A stretch of DNA of 64,000 nucleotides from the human T2T-CHM13v2.0 reference genome, Homo sapiens: assembly GCF_009914755.1 (NCBI RefSeq), contig NC_060926.1. One strand, given 5' to 3'. The notes under the pieces were generated by a model that worked only from the letters and a program-made list of their open reading frames with translations, had not been told where the DNA came from and made no database searches. This document shows positions 42,829 to 56,240 of the stretch, piece after piece; the first letter of the stretch is position 1, and each line of letters begins with the position of its first letter. A program made the translations under genes and the position numbers.

Positions 42829-42942
42829 GGGGATACAGGGCATGGGAGCCACCATATGGTACCCTAGAAGGGTTTTGAGATGTGGAAGACAGAAGGATAA
42901 GACATTGCTGACACTGCTGACAAAGGGAGCCATGTGCACAAA
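42829..42942 (-). repeat. Inverted repeat 2, right arm (within an L2-like segment ~42590-42965)
   Basis: Reverse complement of 41903-42015; mirrored peptides FVHMAPFANNVNNV / FVHMAPFVSSVSNV. Confidence 0.9.
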
Positions 42943-43149
42943 ATCCTGGAGAGCAGGTGAGAGGGGAAGATGGAGAGTTCCACCTGCCAGATTATCGGTA
43001 CACACAAATGGAGCCAGGACTTGGAGAGGTAACTGAAGCTCAATTATTGATCACTCTAGGAAACTTTTCTGATTCTTCTGGTCCTGGAAAGTTGTTACAA
43101 ATGCTGAAAGCAATAGACTGATGTGGAGTCATATGCATTTGTGGGGTTC

Positions 43150-43345
43150 TGAGGGTTTGCAACCAAACAGACCTGGGCTTAAACCTCAGCTCCTTTCTTG
43201 AGGTATTTAATGTCTCTAAGACTTGATTTCTTCATCTGAAGAAATGGAATAATAATCATGGGGTTTTTATGAGATGTCATTGAGATGAGACATGAAAAGA
43301 AATTAACACAGCAGCCCCTATACAGTAAATACTCAGCAGATGATG
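43150..43345 (+). mobile_element. MIR SINE
   Basis: cagacctgggcttaaacctcagctc...tttcttcatctgaagaaatggaataataat. Confidence 0.7.
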
Positions 43346-43415
43346 AGAATGACAATAACAGCTATGATGATAGAAGAGGAGGAAGAGGAGAACAAAATGA
43401 GAAAAAGATTATTGA

Positions 43416-43522
43416 GAATGGGGTCAATGTTTGAATTCACTTTTAAGCTTGGTAAGGATGGGGAAAATGTTTGAATTCACTTTTAAGCTTGTTGGGAATG
43501 GGGACATTTGAATTCACTTTTA
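43416..43522. repeat. Short tandem repeat, ~40-bp unit, about 2.7 copies
   Basis: atgggg..aatgtttgaattcacttttaagcttg repeated; ttgaattcac at 43431, 43471, 43508. Confidence 0.9.
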
Positions 43523-45499
43523 TGTGAATGTTGCTTGCATGAATCAAGTGGGCCTGCCCTTTTTTCCATTGCTGGTGGGATAATACAAGCACTTATGTTA
43601 GCATAAAGCCTAGCATATTGTAGGCACTCAAACTATTTATTGAATTAGATCAAAGAACAAATTCATCCCAGAGAAGCATATTTGTTTCTTATCTTCACCA
43701 TTCTCGGAGAAATGAGAGGGAAACAAGTGTGAGTAGGAGAAAGCAGCCTGAAGAAGAAAATACAGACTAGGTAATTTGGGGTGCTTATTAGAAAAGCTAC
43801 ATGATAAGAATAATTACTAATTATGACAACCAAATTCATTATTTTTATGTCACAACTGGGGAAAAAATGTCAAGGTCAGTGAAAATCACAGAGCCGCAAT
43901 GGAAAACCTGGCACCCTTGAGAGGTAATTGGGTGTTCTCACTGAGTTCCCTCTCATTAGATTTGATGTAATTGTTTTTAAAACATCAAGACATAATGACA
44001 AGCCTGTATTTCAATATAACCCTGACGCAATAATCAAAAGGGCATTTAAAATTCGCTGTACAATTACAGTCCCATTAAATCTAAGTTAACTGCCCATTTG
44101 AGTCACTCAATCTAATCTGTTACCTTGCAACAGGCACACAGCATGTTTCTATCATGACTGAATCATAACCAGACTTCACTCATGGCTCTGGGAAATATTC
44201 TGCAATAGCATCTTAACAGGAGCCTGGTGATGTGTACAGGCAATAACAGTTTGCCTGTGGATTCACTGGAAGCCAACTGCTCGTATTATCCCATCAGCAA
44301 TGGGAAAAAGGGCAGGACCACTTGATTCATGGAAGCAACAGGCAGCCAGCTATAGGCTACTAGCTCTTCCAACTTAACCATGACATGGGGGAATCTGAAA
44401 GAATCACTTGTCTCTGCACTCAAAAAATTGACTGCAAGGCTCCCCCATCTTGCTGAGGATAACTTCTGTGGGATCAGCCAAAATGATCCCTATTTGCATT
44501 TCTCCACACATCACAATGAAAAAGACTTCAAAAGAATCCAAAATGGGTCTGGCCTCCCAGCATTGAAAACAGTTGTCCCTCCTGCACCCAGCGGTCCACC
44601 ATAGTTATTGTGCATAAGGAGTCTTAGGAGGAAATAGCTTTGAAAAGACAGACATCAAGTGCTCCTTGGGGCAGGCAAGAGAAAGAAAAGATCCTGCAGG
44701 GAAGCAGCTGGCCCATCCAGCTGCAGGGGAAGCAATGTGATGGATGGCTTCAGCTGGGGACAATGAAGCGCCGTGAAGGATGACAGGCCTTTGTTTCCGG
44801 GTTTCTGCATCCTCTTTCTGACCTGCCCCCACTGACCTGTGTGCTGTGCGTATAGCAGCAACTCCCTGGCCCTCTGCAACTTAATGCCCAACACAATCAC
44901 TTGTGCAAAGGGCCACTGCCTGCGGCCCCCCTCCCATTTCCACACAGTCCAGCCAGATGGTGACAGGGTTGAAGGTGAAATCCTAGACTACTGAGGACAA
45001 GGCTTCCAATCAGCAAACTCATTCCAGGATTAGCACAAATCAATTGCACACAAAGATAAAGGCTGGGGATGGGGATGGGGACTTGGCTTTCTCAGGAGGG
45101 GAGACCAAGAAATCATACTCAGGTGGTTACTTAAAGTGTAATTAATTTGTGTTCCCAGAGATATTTTCCAACTGAAAGTAGCAAAAAGGACAGCTATAAC
45201 GGCTTGGTGAAATTTGGCATGTTCCTCCCACAACTGCAGAGCTCTGGTCAGTTTCGTGGTGTGGAGGGCAGGCCTAACTCCGCATTCCTGCTGCCATCTC
45301 ACCCACTGTAGCCTCAGGGTCCTCGCCCATAAAATAGGTCAATACTCCTGTCCCTCCTTAGTCATGAGAACCTCATTGGAATAAGTGAACTTAAAAATAC
45401 TGTGCAAACACGAGGGGGACTCATCCAATCACGTAAAATGCACAACATTTCACAAGACCTTGTAATCATTTGTGAACATCAAAGTCAGATAATAAGAAG

Positions 45500-45750
45500 A
45501 ATATTAGCTATAATTTACTATACACCTACTTTGTGGTGAGCAACATGAAAAGTACTGGAAGTAAGCATTACTAAGCCTCGTGACCCTGCCAGAAAGCATT
45601 ATTATTAACCTCATTTTACAGATAAGAAGATGCAGGCTCACAAGTACAAAATAACCTGCCCCAGGTCACACAGCTCATAAACAGGTGAGCTAGGTTTGAA
45701 CCCAGTTCATCTGTCTGAAAGCGTGTGCTCCTCTCACCATATCATGCTGT
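45500..45750 (-). mobile_element. MIR SINE
   Basis: attattaacctcattttacagataagaagatgcaggctca...cctgccccaggtcacacagct. Confidence 0.85.
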
Positions 45751-45989
45751 CTCTCAGGTCCAGAGCCCCCGAAGTTGTCCTGGAGCCCAAGTTCAGGTTT
45801 ACATGGAGCACAAAGACCTTCTGCCCAGAGCACCTGGACAGTGTCATGTCACCATTGATGCACGGATCCCCTCTCCCTATCCCTAACTCCATGCCCTCAT
45901 CTCAGTGTCTCTGGATTACTCCTTAGGAGTGTCCCCTCCTCAGGAGTGTCCCCTCTCTACCTGAAGTTTCTACATTGAAAGCACACACA

Positions 45990-46320
45990 GCCTACCCCAC
46001 AACAGGCAGGCCCAGTGATTCCATCTCTCCCAGTCACTTGGGTGTGGAAACCTAAGGTCATTGCCTGCTCTTCTCTCTCCTTCCACCTCCACTCCTGAAT
46101 GACTCCCCATGCTCGGGTCAGGTCTTTATTATATTCCATCTGTAGTCACCATCATGGCTAGTCCTGTTTATCCTAGACATAGGTCTAACATCACTTCCTG
46201 AAGCACAGCTGGTACCCCATTGTGACCTTGCTCAGAAAACAGTCACAGCCATCATTTCCACAGTGAACTCTCTACTCTTCAAGAAGCATTCAAGACCCTT
46301 CTTGATTTCACATCACCCTA
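45990..46320 (+). mobile_element. L2 fragment
   Basis: ccatctctcccagtcactt...gaaacctaaggtcatt...gcattcaagaccctt. Confidence 0.55.
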
Positions 46321-47134
46321 CATCCTGAGATAACACCTCTAATTTTCCCATCCATGTATATTAATCTATGAGCAGAACCAGCTAGTCAGAATTCAACTGG
46401 GCAGGATATGGTAGGGCAAGGACTAGATACCAGATGGATAGTCAGTAGCTGAGGGGAGTCTGGCAACCATCTCGGAAGACATCTGGGCTGCAAGTGGCCT
46501 GGAGCAGACAGAGGGGGTCTTGCCAAAGCACGGACACCACAGACGGGACCCACAAGCCATATCTGATAAAAACAAGGTGCACTCATTCCCAGGCCTTCGA
46601 AAATTTGAATACCAGGCAGGATACTAGTGAGACAGAGGGGAAATAAGATGGGAACATGAGACTGGAATTTCAAGGTAGGAGTGGACCCAAAGAACCAGGG
46701 AACAGCCCAGGTATTCAAACAGGGATGATTCAGCAGCAAAGCAGCAGCAGTAAGGCTGATGCCAAGGGGTTAAGTAGCTGGCCTGGGAAGTCTTCAGTTT
46801 TCCTAACTTAGCAATATGGTACTCATGGTTTTGTTTGTTTTTTAATTACTGAAGTTAAAATTACTGTAGTAAATGACAGGCTTACTCTAACTCCCTCCCC
46901 TTGTCAGATTCCTAAGTGGAAAAGTGTACACTGAAATAGCAGTGGCGGATTCCCTCCATGATATGTGCAACCTAGCTTACCCCTACTTTTCATTTCTACT
47001 ACGAGGAAAAATTTGAAAAATTTGCAATGTCCCTGAAACAAACAGAACTGAAATGCAAGTTTCACAATATGTATAGTTGATTTTGTTTCATGGTGTGATG
47101 GTTTCATAGTGTGATGGTTAATTATGTTTCATAG

Positions 47135-47684
47135 TGTGATGGTTAATATCCAGTGTCAACTTGATTGGATTGAAGGATGCAAAGTACTGTTGCCAGGTGT
47201 GTCTGTGAGGGTGTTGCCAAAAGGAAATTAAGATTTGAGTCAGTGGACTAGGAGAGGCAGACCCACCCTCAATCTGAGTGGGCACCATCTAATCAGCTGC
47301 CAGCCTGGTTAGGATAAAAGCAGGCAGAGGAACGTGGAAGGACTAAACTAGCTAAATCTTCTGGCCTCCATCTTTCTCCCATGCTGGATGCTTCCTGCCC
47401 TCGAACATCAGACTCCAAGTTCTTCAGCTTTTGGACTCATGAACTTACAACAGTGATTGGCCAGGGACTCTGGGGCCTTTGATCACAGACTGAAGGCTGC
47501 ACGTACGGCTTCCCTATTTTTGAGGTTTTGGGACTCCGCCTGGCTTTCTGGCTCCTCCACTTGCAGGTGACCTATTGTGGGACTTCACTTTGTGACCCTG
47601 TGAGTCAATTCCCCTAATAAACTCCCCTTCATATATTCATCTACCCTATTAGTTCTGTCCCTCTAGAGATCCCTGACTAATACA
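47135..47684 (+). mobile_element. MLT2A (HERVL-type) solo LTR
   Basis: TG...CA ends tgtgatggttaata / ccctgactaataca; 5-bp TSD catag at 47130-47134 and 47685-47689. Confidence 0.93.
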
Positions 47685-48689
47685 CATAGTTTTCAAAGTT
47701 CCTGGCAATTATATGTTTTATTTTGCCCTAGTGGTGGGCTGTTACATGTCTACATTGGGGGCAGACGGCAATGGAGGAGGAATGATATAAACCCCTCCAA
47801 TGGAGGGGAAGACACTGGGCTATATGCACCTCTCTCCTCCTCTCCCCTCTCCCACCACACTGCATAACTGCTAAAACAGTTATTCTTATTTCAGAATGTG
47901 GTTTCAGCTACTCTCAACAAATTCTTTTGCCACTGCTATAGACCTCAGAGTCACAGAGCCCTGCAGGCATTGTTAGGTACAAATTCCTGGGCCTGGTGGT
48001 ATCAGAACTGCTTTGTTTGATAGTCTTGTGTTCAACATTGTCAAAACCAATAAGCTGACAGAGACAAAACCACCTTTAACAGAAATGACACCTTAAAAAG
48101 GCTTAATTATGGATATGATACAAGCGCTTCACTACTACCTCAAAGAATGAGACAGCTTGCAAGAGCTGTTTTTTTTTTTTTTTTTTTTTTTCCCAGAACT
48201 GATGTAAATTAGAACATTTCCTAAGACAGGTCAGCCTACAGTAATTTTCCCGTTGACTTGTCATAAAATCAGGGGACAAGTTCCCATATCACAATGCAGG
48301 GCAGATGACAACCCCTTGTAATTTCTCTCGGCTTTTCACATTTGTTCATTTATGGTGTGGAAAATCGTCAGTGTGTGGCTCAGTGTTTAAGTAGGCTGAT
48401 GGGAATCCCTCCGACGGTAAACCTGGCATATAGTGGGTGCTTAATAACTATCTTTTGGTTGCCTCTATGAAAACTGAACAGTCCTTCTGGCTCCTCTGTT
48501 CTCAAATGCCCAGCAGATGCTTCCAATATTTCAGCCATTCCAGCAACTCCAGGAATCCCCCTATATGTACATTTTCCTGTCAAATTGGCATGAATGTAAA
48601 ACTGGGGCTTGGGTCCATTTTAAACAAATATGAAAAAACTAAATACAGCTTCGTATCATATGCCTGCAACATATATCTATCAGGTTGCA

Positions 48690-49178
48690 GATCCAGTCAT
48701 CATTTAAATATCCCTGCTGTGTTTGGGGAATGTGCTTCCTTGTGAGCCCTGCCTCCCTAAGGTAGAACCTAGAGACACGTACCTTTCCTAGCCTTGGACT
48801 TCAAAAACTAGATGCACTCAAGAGAGATGTCCATGTGAAAAGAGGGCAAGAAGACAGAACTGGGGGAGTGCTTTTCCAGCCAGCAGTGATGAAGAGATAT
48901 CCTGATGGGTAACAACAGTGGAAGAGGCCCATGTTCGGTATCCAGCATCTGTACTGGGATGAGGTGTCTGTGCCTAAGGGTGGAGATAGTGGGGTTTTTA
49001 CTGACCAGGCTCATGGGGTGATTTGGGCATTGCTTCTGATTACATAGTCTCCAAGCCCAATGATGGCACTTCCATAGATTCTGTGAACTCTTGAATTAAC
49101 ACATTCCACTTGTACCCTTTCTGCTTAAACTAGCTAAAGAAGGTTTTGGTGTTTCCAGTTAGGAATGCTGACTGCTAC
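48690..49178 (+). mobile_element. ERVL LTR33/LTR16-like LTR
   Basis: ctttcctagccttg...ccctttctgcttaaactagcta...gaatgctgactg. Confidence 0.55.
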
Positions 49179-49854
49179 GTCTACATTGTGTTAAATGCCA
49201 CAGTAGCTATGAGGATACACTGGCAAATAAGAAATGAATGAAGCTTCCAAGATTTCACAGGCTAGAGACAGGAACAGACTCCAGCACATCAATGTAATAC
49301 AGTGTGATCAGAGCTATGAGGTAGGTACATACGAAGACACTGGGTACAGCAAAGCAGAGGGGAGGGAAAGCCTGCATGGGAGGGTCTTAGGTGTGCACAC
49401 TCTACTGTACCTTGGCAATGGGCCCTGGCTATAATGCAGACAGACCCTCAGACCACAACTCTATGGAGGGTTTGGTCCCACCCAGCCCTGGAAGCCTAGG
49501 ACATCAGACATCTTAATCCTATCACCTAGTAGGGCTGAAAATTATACATGAGCCTGGCCAGGGATGCACAGGTGCAGCCTCAACTGCTGGGCTCCCTCTA
49601 TCTTACTGCTAATCAGATCTGCTATTGGACTTCCTTCCTGAAGCGACAGCCTTGGCATGGGAACACACACAACTACAGGAAACTCCGGTTGCTCAGGTGG
49701 GGCATGCAGGGCAAGTGGAATTGGCTAGCAAGGCCAGTTTTTAACTTCACGTGAAATGAGCCCTAGCCTGAACACTTTAGTGGGAAAAGGCCTAAATAGT
49801 CACATGGGGGTGGGGGCAGCACCTGAAGACAGCATGCTTTCAATACCATCCTCT

Positions 49855-50391
49855 TGAAAGGTATCAGGATATGCTACCCCAAAACATGGCTCTTGGGCAT
49901 TTGGATTCTTTTAAGCTAAAGGCAATTGAAAATCAAAAGACATAAGAAAAGCTCTAAAAAACAGGGCACAAATTTTCCTTTTGTAAAGGAAATTTACTTT
50001 TGTAAAAGGTGTCTCTCTCTCCCATACCAGGAAAAGGAGGACTCTTAACAACTCTTATCAGTGGAGAAGACACTGACTTAAATGTGCAGAAAACACCTTG
50101 CTAAACAGCCCTTGTTGACCATACTTTTCCTGGTCACCTTCCCAAAACTTGCCTCCCCCACCCAGAAGCCCAAATCCCCTTTTCCTTTGTTTTAGCCCAA
50201 GACAACATACAAACTAAATTCTAACCACCCCTTGAAGTTCCTCATCTCTGGTGCATCCATGTGTCAGTATGATGCACATGCTAATAAAATTCTGTTTACT
50301 TTTCTCTTGTTAATCTTTCTTTAGCTAGTCTCATTATGGGGCACCAACCAGAGAACCTAAGATGAGTAGAGGATAATATTTTTTTTCTACA
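49855..50391 (+). mobile_element. ERV1 solo LTR (MER34/MER39-like)
   Basis: atatgctaccccaaaa...cttttgtaaaggaaatttac...taataaa...ctaca; 4-bp TSD ctct on both sides. Confidence 0.8.
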
Positions 50392-50982
50392 CTCTCATTG
50401 TCTGACCATCAATGCTGCCATCATGTGTTTCATTCTGCTTCCTTAAACATCTTTTTACAATAATCTTAACAACCTTAGAATACCATGGGTTGTGTGGGCA
50501 GCACAGCAAGGAGCCAGGACATAGCAAAAAGGGAGCATCTAGGGATCAAGCCCAAACTGGAAGCAGAGCAGGAAAATTGGGTGTGAAGAGGCTGGACAGA
50601 AGGGCAGGAATCCATCCACATGTGGGATGAGCAGGGAATGTGAATGTGTTGAGCGGTATGGTCCCCAAGATCAGGTATGCTCAGAGCAAAAGCCCAATAG
50701 CTGTACAGCCTCAAACCACCACCTCATTCCTTCCCCCAGGTTGGATCTTCCTCCACATCCTCAATGCCTACAGGGCTTTTCTGGTCCTAAGCAGAGATCT
50801 GTCAGAACAGACCATAACAGCAATGTCTGACTTCTGAACTACTCTACCACTCAAAAGCCTGGCTATTGTTCTGCCCGTGGAATTGAACCTCCTGGTAACT
50901 GGTTTTGCTTAAACCACAAATGAACTGTGCTGGATAATGTGCCAGGAACAGCCTCCAAATTGTAATTGGTTCCCTAGAGTGC

Positions 50983-51342
50983 TGTCTTAGTTTGTTCAGG
51001 CTGCTACAAAAATATTATAAACTCGGTGGCTTAAACAACAAACATTTATTGCTCATAGTTCTGGAGACTGGGAAATCCAAGATCAAAACACTGATAAATC
51101 TGATGTCTGGCAAGGGCCCACTTCCTGGTTTATAGATCATTGTCTTCTCACTGTGTCTTCACAAGGCTGAATGGGTAAGAGAGCTCTCAGGCCTCGTTTA
51201 TAAGGGCACTAATCTCATTCATAAAGGTCTCACTCTCATGACCTAATTAACTCCCACAGGCCCCACCTCCTAATACCATCACACTGGGAATTAGGTTTAA
51301 ACATATGAATTTTCGGGGGACATAAACATTCAATCCATAACA
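50983..51342 (-). mobile_element. MaLR solo LTR (MLT1A/A0-like)
   Basis: tgtcttagtttgttcaggctgcta...aacattcaatccataaca; 5-bp TSD agtgc at 50978-50982 and 51343-51347. Confidence 0.92.
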
Positions 51343-52253
51343 AGTGCCCTCCCCTACAGTAGAGTAGGGTTTTCCAAAATGTGGTCCTCCAAGGCTAGAC
51401 ACCAGACTCCTCTAGGTTGTATGTGGATCTGAGGGGAAATAACACTGTATCACAATGAGAATGTTGTTCCCCGTCAATTCTCCTATAATTCCTTCTTACA
51501 TCAAAAAGGTAGTCTTAGCCTGGCTTTGGTGTATCTTTCATGCCTCCCTCATAGTTATTAATCTCTCTTTATAACAAAATAACCAGCCTCAAGCTCAGGA
51601 CTTCCACTGGCAGCAATAATTAGCTAAAAGGTAATAATATTGTTTTGTGTTCATACAAAGGAATATAAACCTTTATTATTACCTATTGACATTCATGACA
51701 GTGGTATTAACTTCCCTTTTAAAAATAAATAAATGAATTTGAGTTACAGCAAAAGTGAGTAAAATATTAAAAGAATTATAAGGTCATAGATATGGCAGAA
51801 ATTGAGAAAAACCTCAAATAACAGAAGTTTCTTGATCACCCCCTAAGATCTGGATCCTCATCCCGCTCCCTATTCTCTCACTCAGGCATAGTTCCTGGGT
51901 GTCCCACTTTGGGGCAGCCAGCCAAAGTCAGGGCACTTTAAGTCATTGGTGTTTGATTCTTTTATCTTGTTCAAATGGTTTCCATTGATGTTTGTCTTTC
52001 ACCCCATTTGCCCATTATGGGGCGAACTCCTTGAGGGCAAATCTGACATCTCTGTTTTCTTTCCAACTTGCTTGCAGCTGCCAGTGGCGGTACGAGGCGC
52101 ACAGTGGGTGTTCGATAAACACCACTGATCGACATTCAACACTCAGGCAACACCAACATCCCAGCTCGTACCAGACACTGGAAAACTAGGTCATCTATTT
52201 GGCAGAGGCATCATGATTCATCAGGACAGGATCTGTGAATGGTATAAATTAAC

Positions 52254-52256
<3 letters not shown>

Positions 52257-52295
<39 letters not shown>
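52257..52295. repeat. (AC)n microsatellite, ~19 units
   Basis: Uninterrupted AC run. Confidence 0.97.
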
Positions 52296-52296
<1 letters not shown>

Positions 52297-53838
52297 CTCA
52301 GCCTTTTGGAAAAATTACATCTTTGTTGCAAAGATGCCAGAATGTCTGAAAATGGCCAAAACCTGGGGATTTTCCATAGATTAGTCATGTGGTTTAAATA
52401 ATTAGATTTGAAGGCCCAGTATGAGATTGCCCCCAGTGAAACAGGAGCAGGTTCCAGGCCAAGTTCAGTCATGTATAAAGAGAAGAAGCTCCTCAAACTG
52501 ACAGCAATGAATTAAAAGAAGGAAGAAATCAAGAAATGACCTGTATCCTGGAGAGGAGAGAGAATGCGTGTGTTCTACAGGCTGGGGCTGGAGAGACATG
52601 TGCAGAAAACTCAGGCAATGTGGTGAATATATTTCCAATTTTACAGAAAGGGTCCAGTCTGTATCACAGGCATTTGGGTTATTTATTTTAATAACATTCT
52701 AAGTGAAAGACTTCTCTCTGATAATAGAATTTCTTTTCGTTTTTATGAATTCAAAAATGAAAAATAAGCTACAGCAAAAGAATCTAATTTCCTATAATAA
52801 GGTTTTGTTTTTAGTCACTTATAAATGCGAAATCATGGGGCCTTAGACACCAGAAGGCATATGCTGGTCATGGAAATGAAATAAGAAAAATAAAATAAAA
52901 TCTTAGAAACCCACTCATAAATATTGACCTTCCCCTTTTCCCTACCTTCAGCTCCTACCTAAAACTTCACACGTGTGTGCCCACACACACACTCGCACAC
53001 CCAGAGGAGAAATAACAACACTGGCTTTCAGAAGCTGTGTGGGACGGACTGTGAGCTGGCCTGTCCTCGAGATAGAACACATTTGTTCAATAAATTCTTC
53101 ACCTCAGGGTGGAAGTCCATGGAATTCAACACTGCTGCCAAAAACACCCAAACTTAGAAGTGGTCTGGAATACCATGTGGTCCCAGGTACCCCACTAAGT
53201 CTGACAGTCATCGGGGGCCCTTCGACTAGGGCCATCAGAATTTTATACCAGATATTTTCTCAACAAGGTCAAACTCATCTTTCATGAGCAAAAGGCTATG
53301 GTTCTATGCAGGCTACAGAGTCCATGATACAACTTCTCAAAATCTATTCCATTTTATCAGTTTCACCCGAGCCACGTACCCCTTATCCTTTTTAGTATGT
53401 CTTTTTCTATAATATTCCCAAGGAATATTTGTGAATCTTTAGTTTCATCAATTCTCCCCAGGTTTTCTTGCTCCTGAAATAGCAAAGTTGGGACTCACAC
53501 TTCCTATTGTACATATTTAAAATTGTCATCCTGAGCAGTGAGTCAATACTACTCCCCTACTTCTCTCCTAACATTTTTGCATCTCTCTGAGACTTCCATT
53601 CCATCTATTTCCAGGATATAACAATAATTTTGCAACCTCACCTTAGGAAGCCACATGTCTTCCTCAATATTAACTGCCAATCAGTCCTCCTGTTACCAGG
53701 GATAGGGGTCAGTTATGCAAATCAGGTCAGAGCTATGGTCCAGTGCTCTCTCATCCTTCTGTCAGATCACGCTTTCACCTCTTTTCCCTCCTCCTCCATG
53801 TTGCCTTCTTCCTCCTAGAGGACCTCTTGTCCCTACAG

Positions 53839-54368
53839 CAGTGGTCCCCAACCTTTTTGGCACCAGAGACCAGTTTCACGGAAGACAACTTTTCCACAGA
53901 CCTGTGGTGGAGAGGGGATGGTTTCAGGATGATTCAAGCACATTACATTTATTGTGCAATTTATTTCTATTATTATTACATTATAATATATGATGAAATA
54001 ATTATATAACTCACCATAATATAGAATCAGTGGAAGCCTGAGCTTGTGTTCCTGCAACTGGATGGTCCCATCTGGGAGTGATGGGAGACAGTGACAGATC
54101 ATCAGGCATTAGATTCTCATAAGGACCTTGCATCCTAGATCCCTCACATGCACAGTTCAGAGAAGGGCTCATGCTCCTATGAGAATCTAATGCTGCCGCT
54201 GATCTGAAAGGAGGCAGGGCTCAGGTAGTAATTCGAGCAATCAGGAGCAGGTGTAAATACAGACGAAGCTTCGTTCACTTGCCCACCATTCACCTCCTGC
54301 TGTGCTGCCCAATTCCTAACAAGCCACAGACTGGTACCGATCTGTGGCCCAGGGATTGGGCACCCCTG
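53839..54368 (+). mobile_element. MER1A (hAT-Charlie), full length
   Basis: TIRs cagtggtccccaacc / gattgggcacccctg; 8-bp TSD ccctacag / ccccacag. Confidence 0.93.
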
Positions 54369-54659
54369 CCCCACAGTACACTCAGCTCTGAACATGGTAC
54401 ATACACACACAAGGAAAACTTACCCTTGAGCCCCAGAAGCTAGACTAGATCTTTTATAGTAGTTTTTCTATTTTTCCCTGGATATACCCTTTATCTCTGT
54501 TTTCCACATGGGGACAATATTCATCCAGAAATGTTTATTCAACTAAGAAGTGTTTCTGGTAACATTTCCATTTGTGGACTCTAATTGCCCCGCAAAGGGG
54601 GTCACTGGAAGGACCGAAAGGAATATTAACATCCTGTGTGCTTATATTCACATTGTTTA

Positions 54660-54880
54660 CATAGAGTGCACAGAAATAGTGTGAGTTTATAGGCTGCCAG
54701 ACCTGGATTTGAATCCCAGCTCTACTGACCCTTCTAAGTTTCAATGACCTTGCCTGAAGAATGTAATGAATGTAATAGGAGCTGTTGCAAAAATAGTGAG
54801 TTCGTACAAGAATTAAACAAGGCAAGGTCCTTAGCACAGTGTCTGGATCATAATAAACTCTCAATAAATGCTAGCAGGAT
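54660..54880 (+). mobile_element. MIR SINE
   Basis: ccagacctggatttgaatcccagctctact...ttagcacagtgtctgg...ctcaataaatgctagc. Confidence 0.8.
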
Positions 54881-55040
54881 GTTAGTAGTGATAATTTTAT
54901 AATTATTATAACTAGTAATAATAGCAGTATTATTATTCAATGTCAGAAGATCTGGTTTCCAAATTAGCTTTGTGAATAACTTATTTTCCTAGAACAACTC
55001 TCTGAATGTTATTTCCTCCTCTGCAATACAGCATGAAAGT

Positions 55041-55404
55041 TGCCATGGTCTGAGTGTTTTTGTCTTCCCAAAATTCATACATTGAAACTTAATCACCAAT
55101 GTGATGGTATTAGGAGGTGGAGCCTTTGGAAGGTGATTAGGTCATGAGGGTGGAGCTCTTATGAATGGAATTAATGTCCTTGTAAAAGAGGCCCCAGAGA
55201 GCTCCCTTGCCCCTTTCACCATGTGAGGACACAGCAAGAAGCCACCATCTAGGAACCAGGAAGCTGTCCCTCATCAGACACTGAATCTGCTGGAGCCTTG
55301 ATCTTGGACTTCCCAGCCTCCTGAACTGTGAAAAATAAATGTCTGCTGTTTTTAAGCCACTCAGTTTATAGTATTTTGTTATAGCAACTCAAACAGACCA
55401 AGAC
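55041..55404 (+). mobile_element. MaLR solo LTR (MLT1A0-like)
   Basis: tgccatggtctga...caaaattcata...ggtattaggaggtggagcctttgg...ttgatcttggacttcccagcctcc...ccaagac. Confidence 0.92.
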
Positions 55405-55600
55405 TGTGGATTCCAATTCTAACTCCTCCTCCTTCATTTATTAGTTAACAATGTTAAGTTACTACTGTAAGACTCAACTTCTTCATCTATAAAATGCAGA
55501 TAGTAATAGCAACTACTCCATAGGGCCATTGTAATTATGAAATGAGTTGATACGTGTAAAATGTTTAAAATTGTCTGGCACATACTAAGTGCTCGACACA
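55405..55600 (+). mobile_element. MIR SINE
   Basis: ctcaacttcttcatctataaaatg...tctggcacatactaagtgctc. Confidence 0.7.
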
Positions 55601-55709
55601 TATTTTTAAAATCTATAAGAGGGTATACTGGCATCCATCACTTCCATCACTCTGGTTACAGAAAAAACATAAGATAATGTACAAAAAGTGTCCATCACAC
55701 TGTCTGGCA

Positions 55710-55886
55710 TAAGTAGTTCTGAAACCATGGTGTAACTTAGAATTACCTGAAGATATTTTAATAAATGTTAATGTCTTTGTCCCACCCCACAGCGTTTATA
55801 TCAGCATCTCCGAGAGTGGGGCTGGGTTTTTTTAAAAAGCTTCCCCACATGATTTTAATATGCTGTCAGGGTTAGAAATCACTTGT
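55710..55886. mobile_element. MER5-like hAT MITE
   Basis: agtagttctgaaacc...ttagaattacctg...aagcttcccca...gggttagaaatcact. Confidence 0.65.
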
Positions 55887-55926
55887 CTAACAACTGGGGT
55901 AACTCAATAAGGAGTATTTATTATTA

Positions 55927-56240
<314 letters not shown>

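Noticed and set aside
43416-43522. Repeat-spacer-repeat pattern resembling CRISPR
   Set aside because: Linkers are short and similar to each other, there are fewer than three full units, no cas genes, and the context is eukaryotic.
46380-46790. Purine-rich segment resembling an ancient LTR-like repeat (similar feel at 11880-12220 and 13090-13320)
   Set aside because: I could not assign a family or boundaries from sequence alone; needs a Dfam search.
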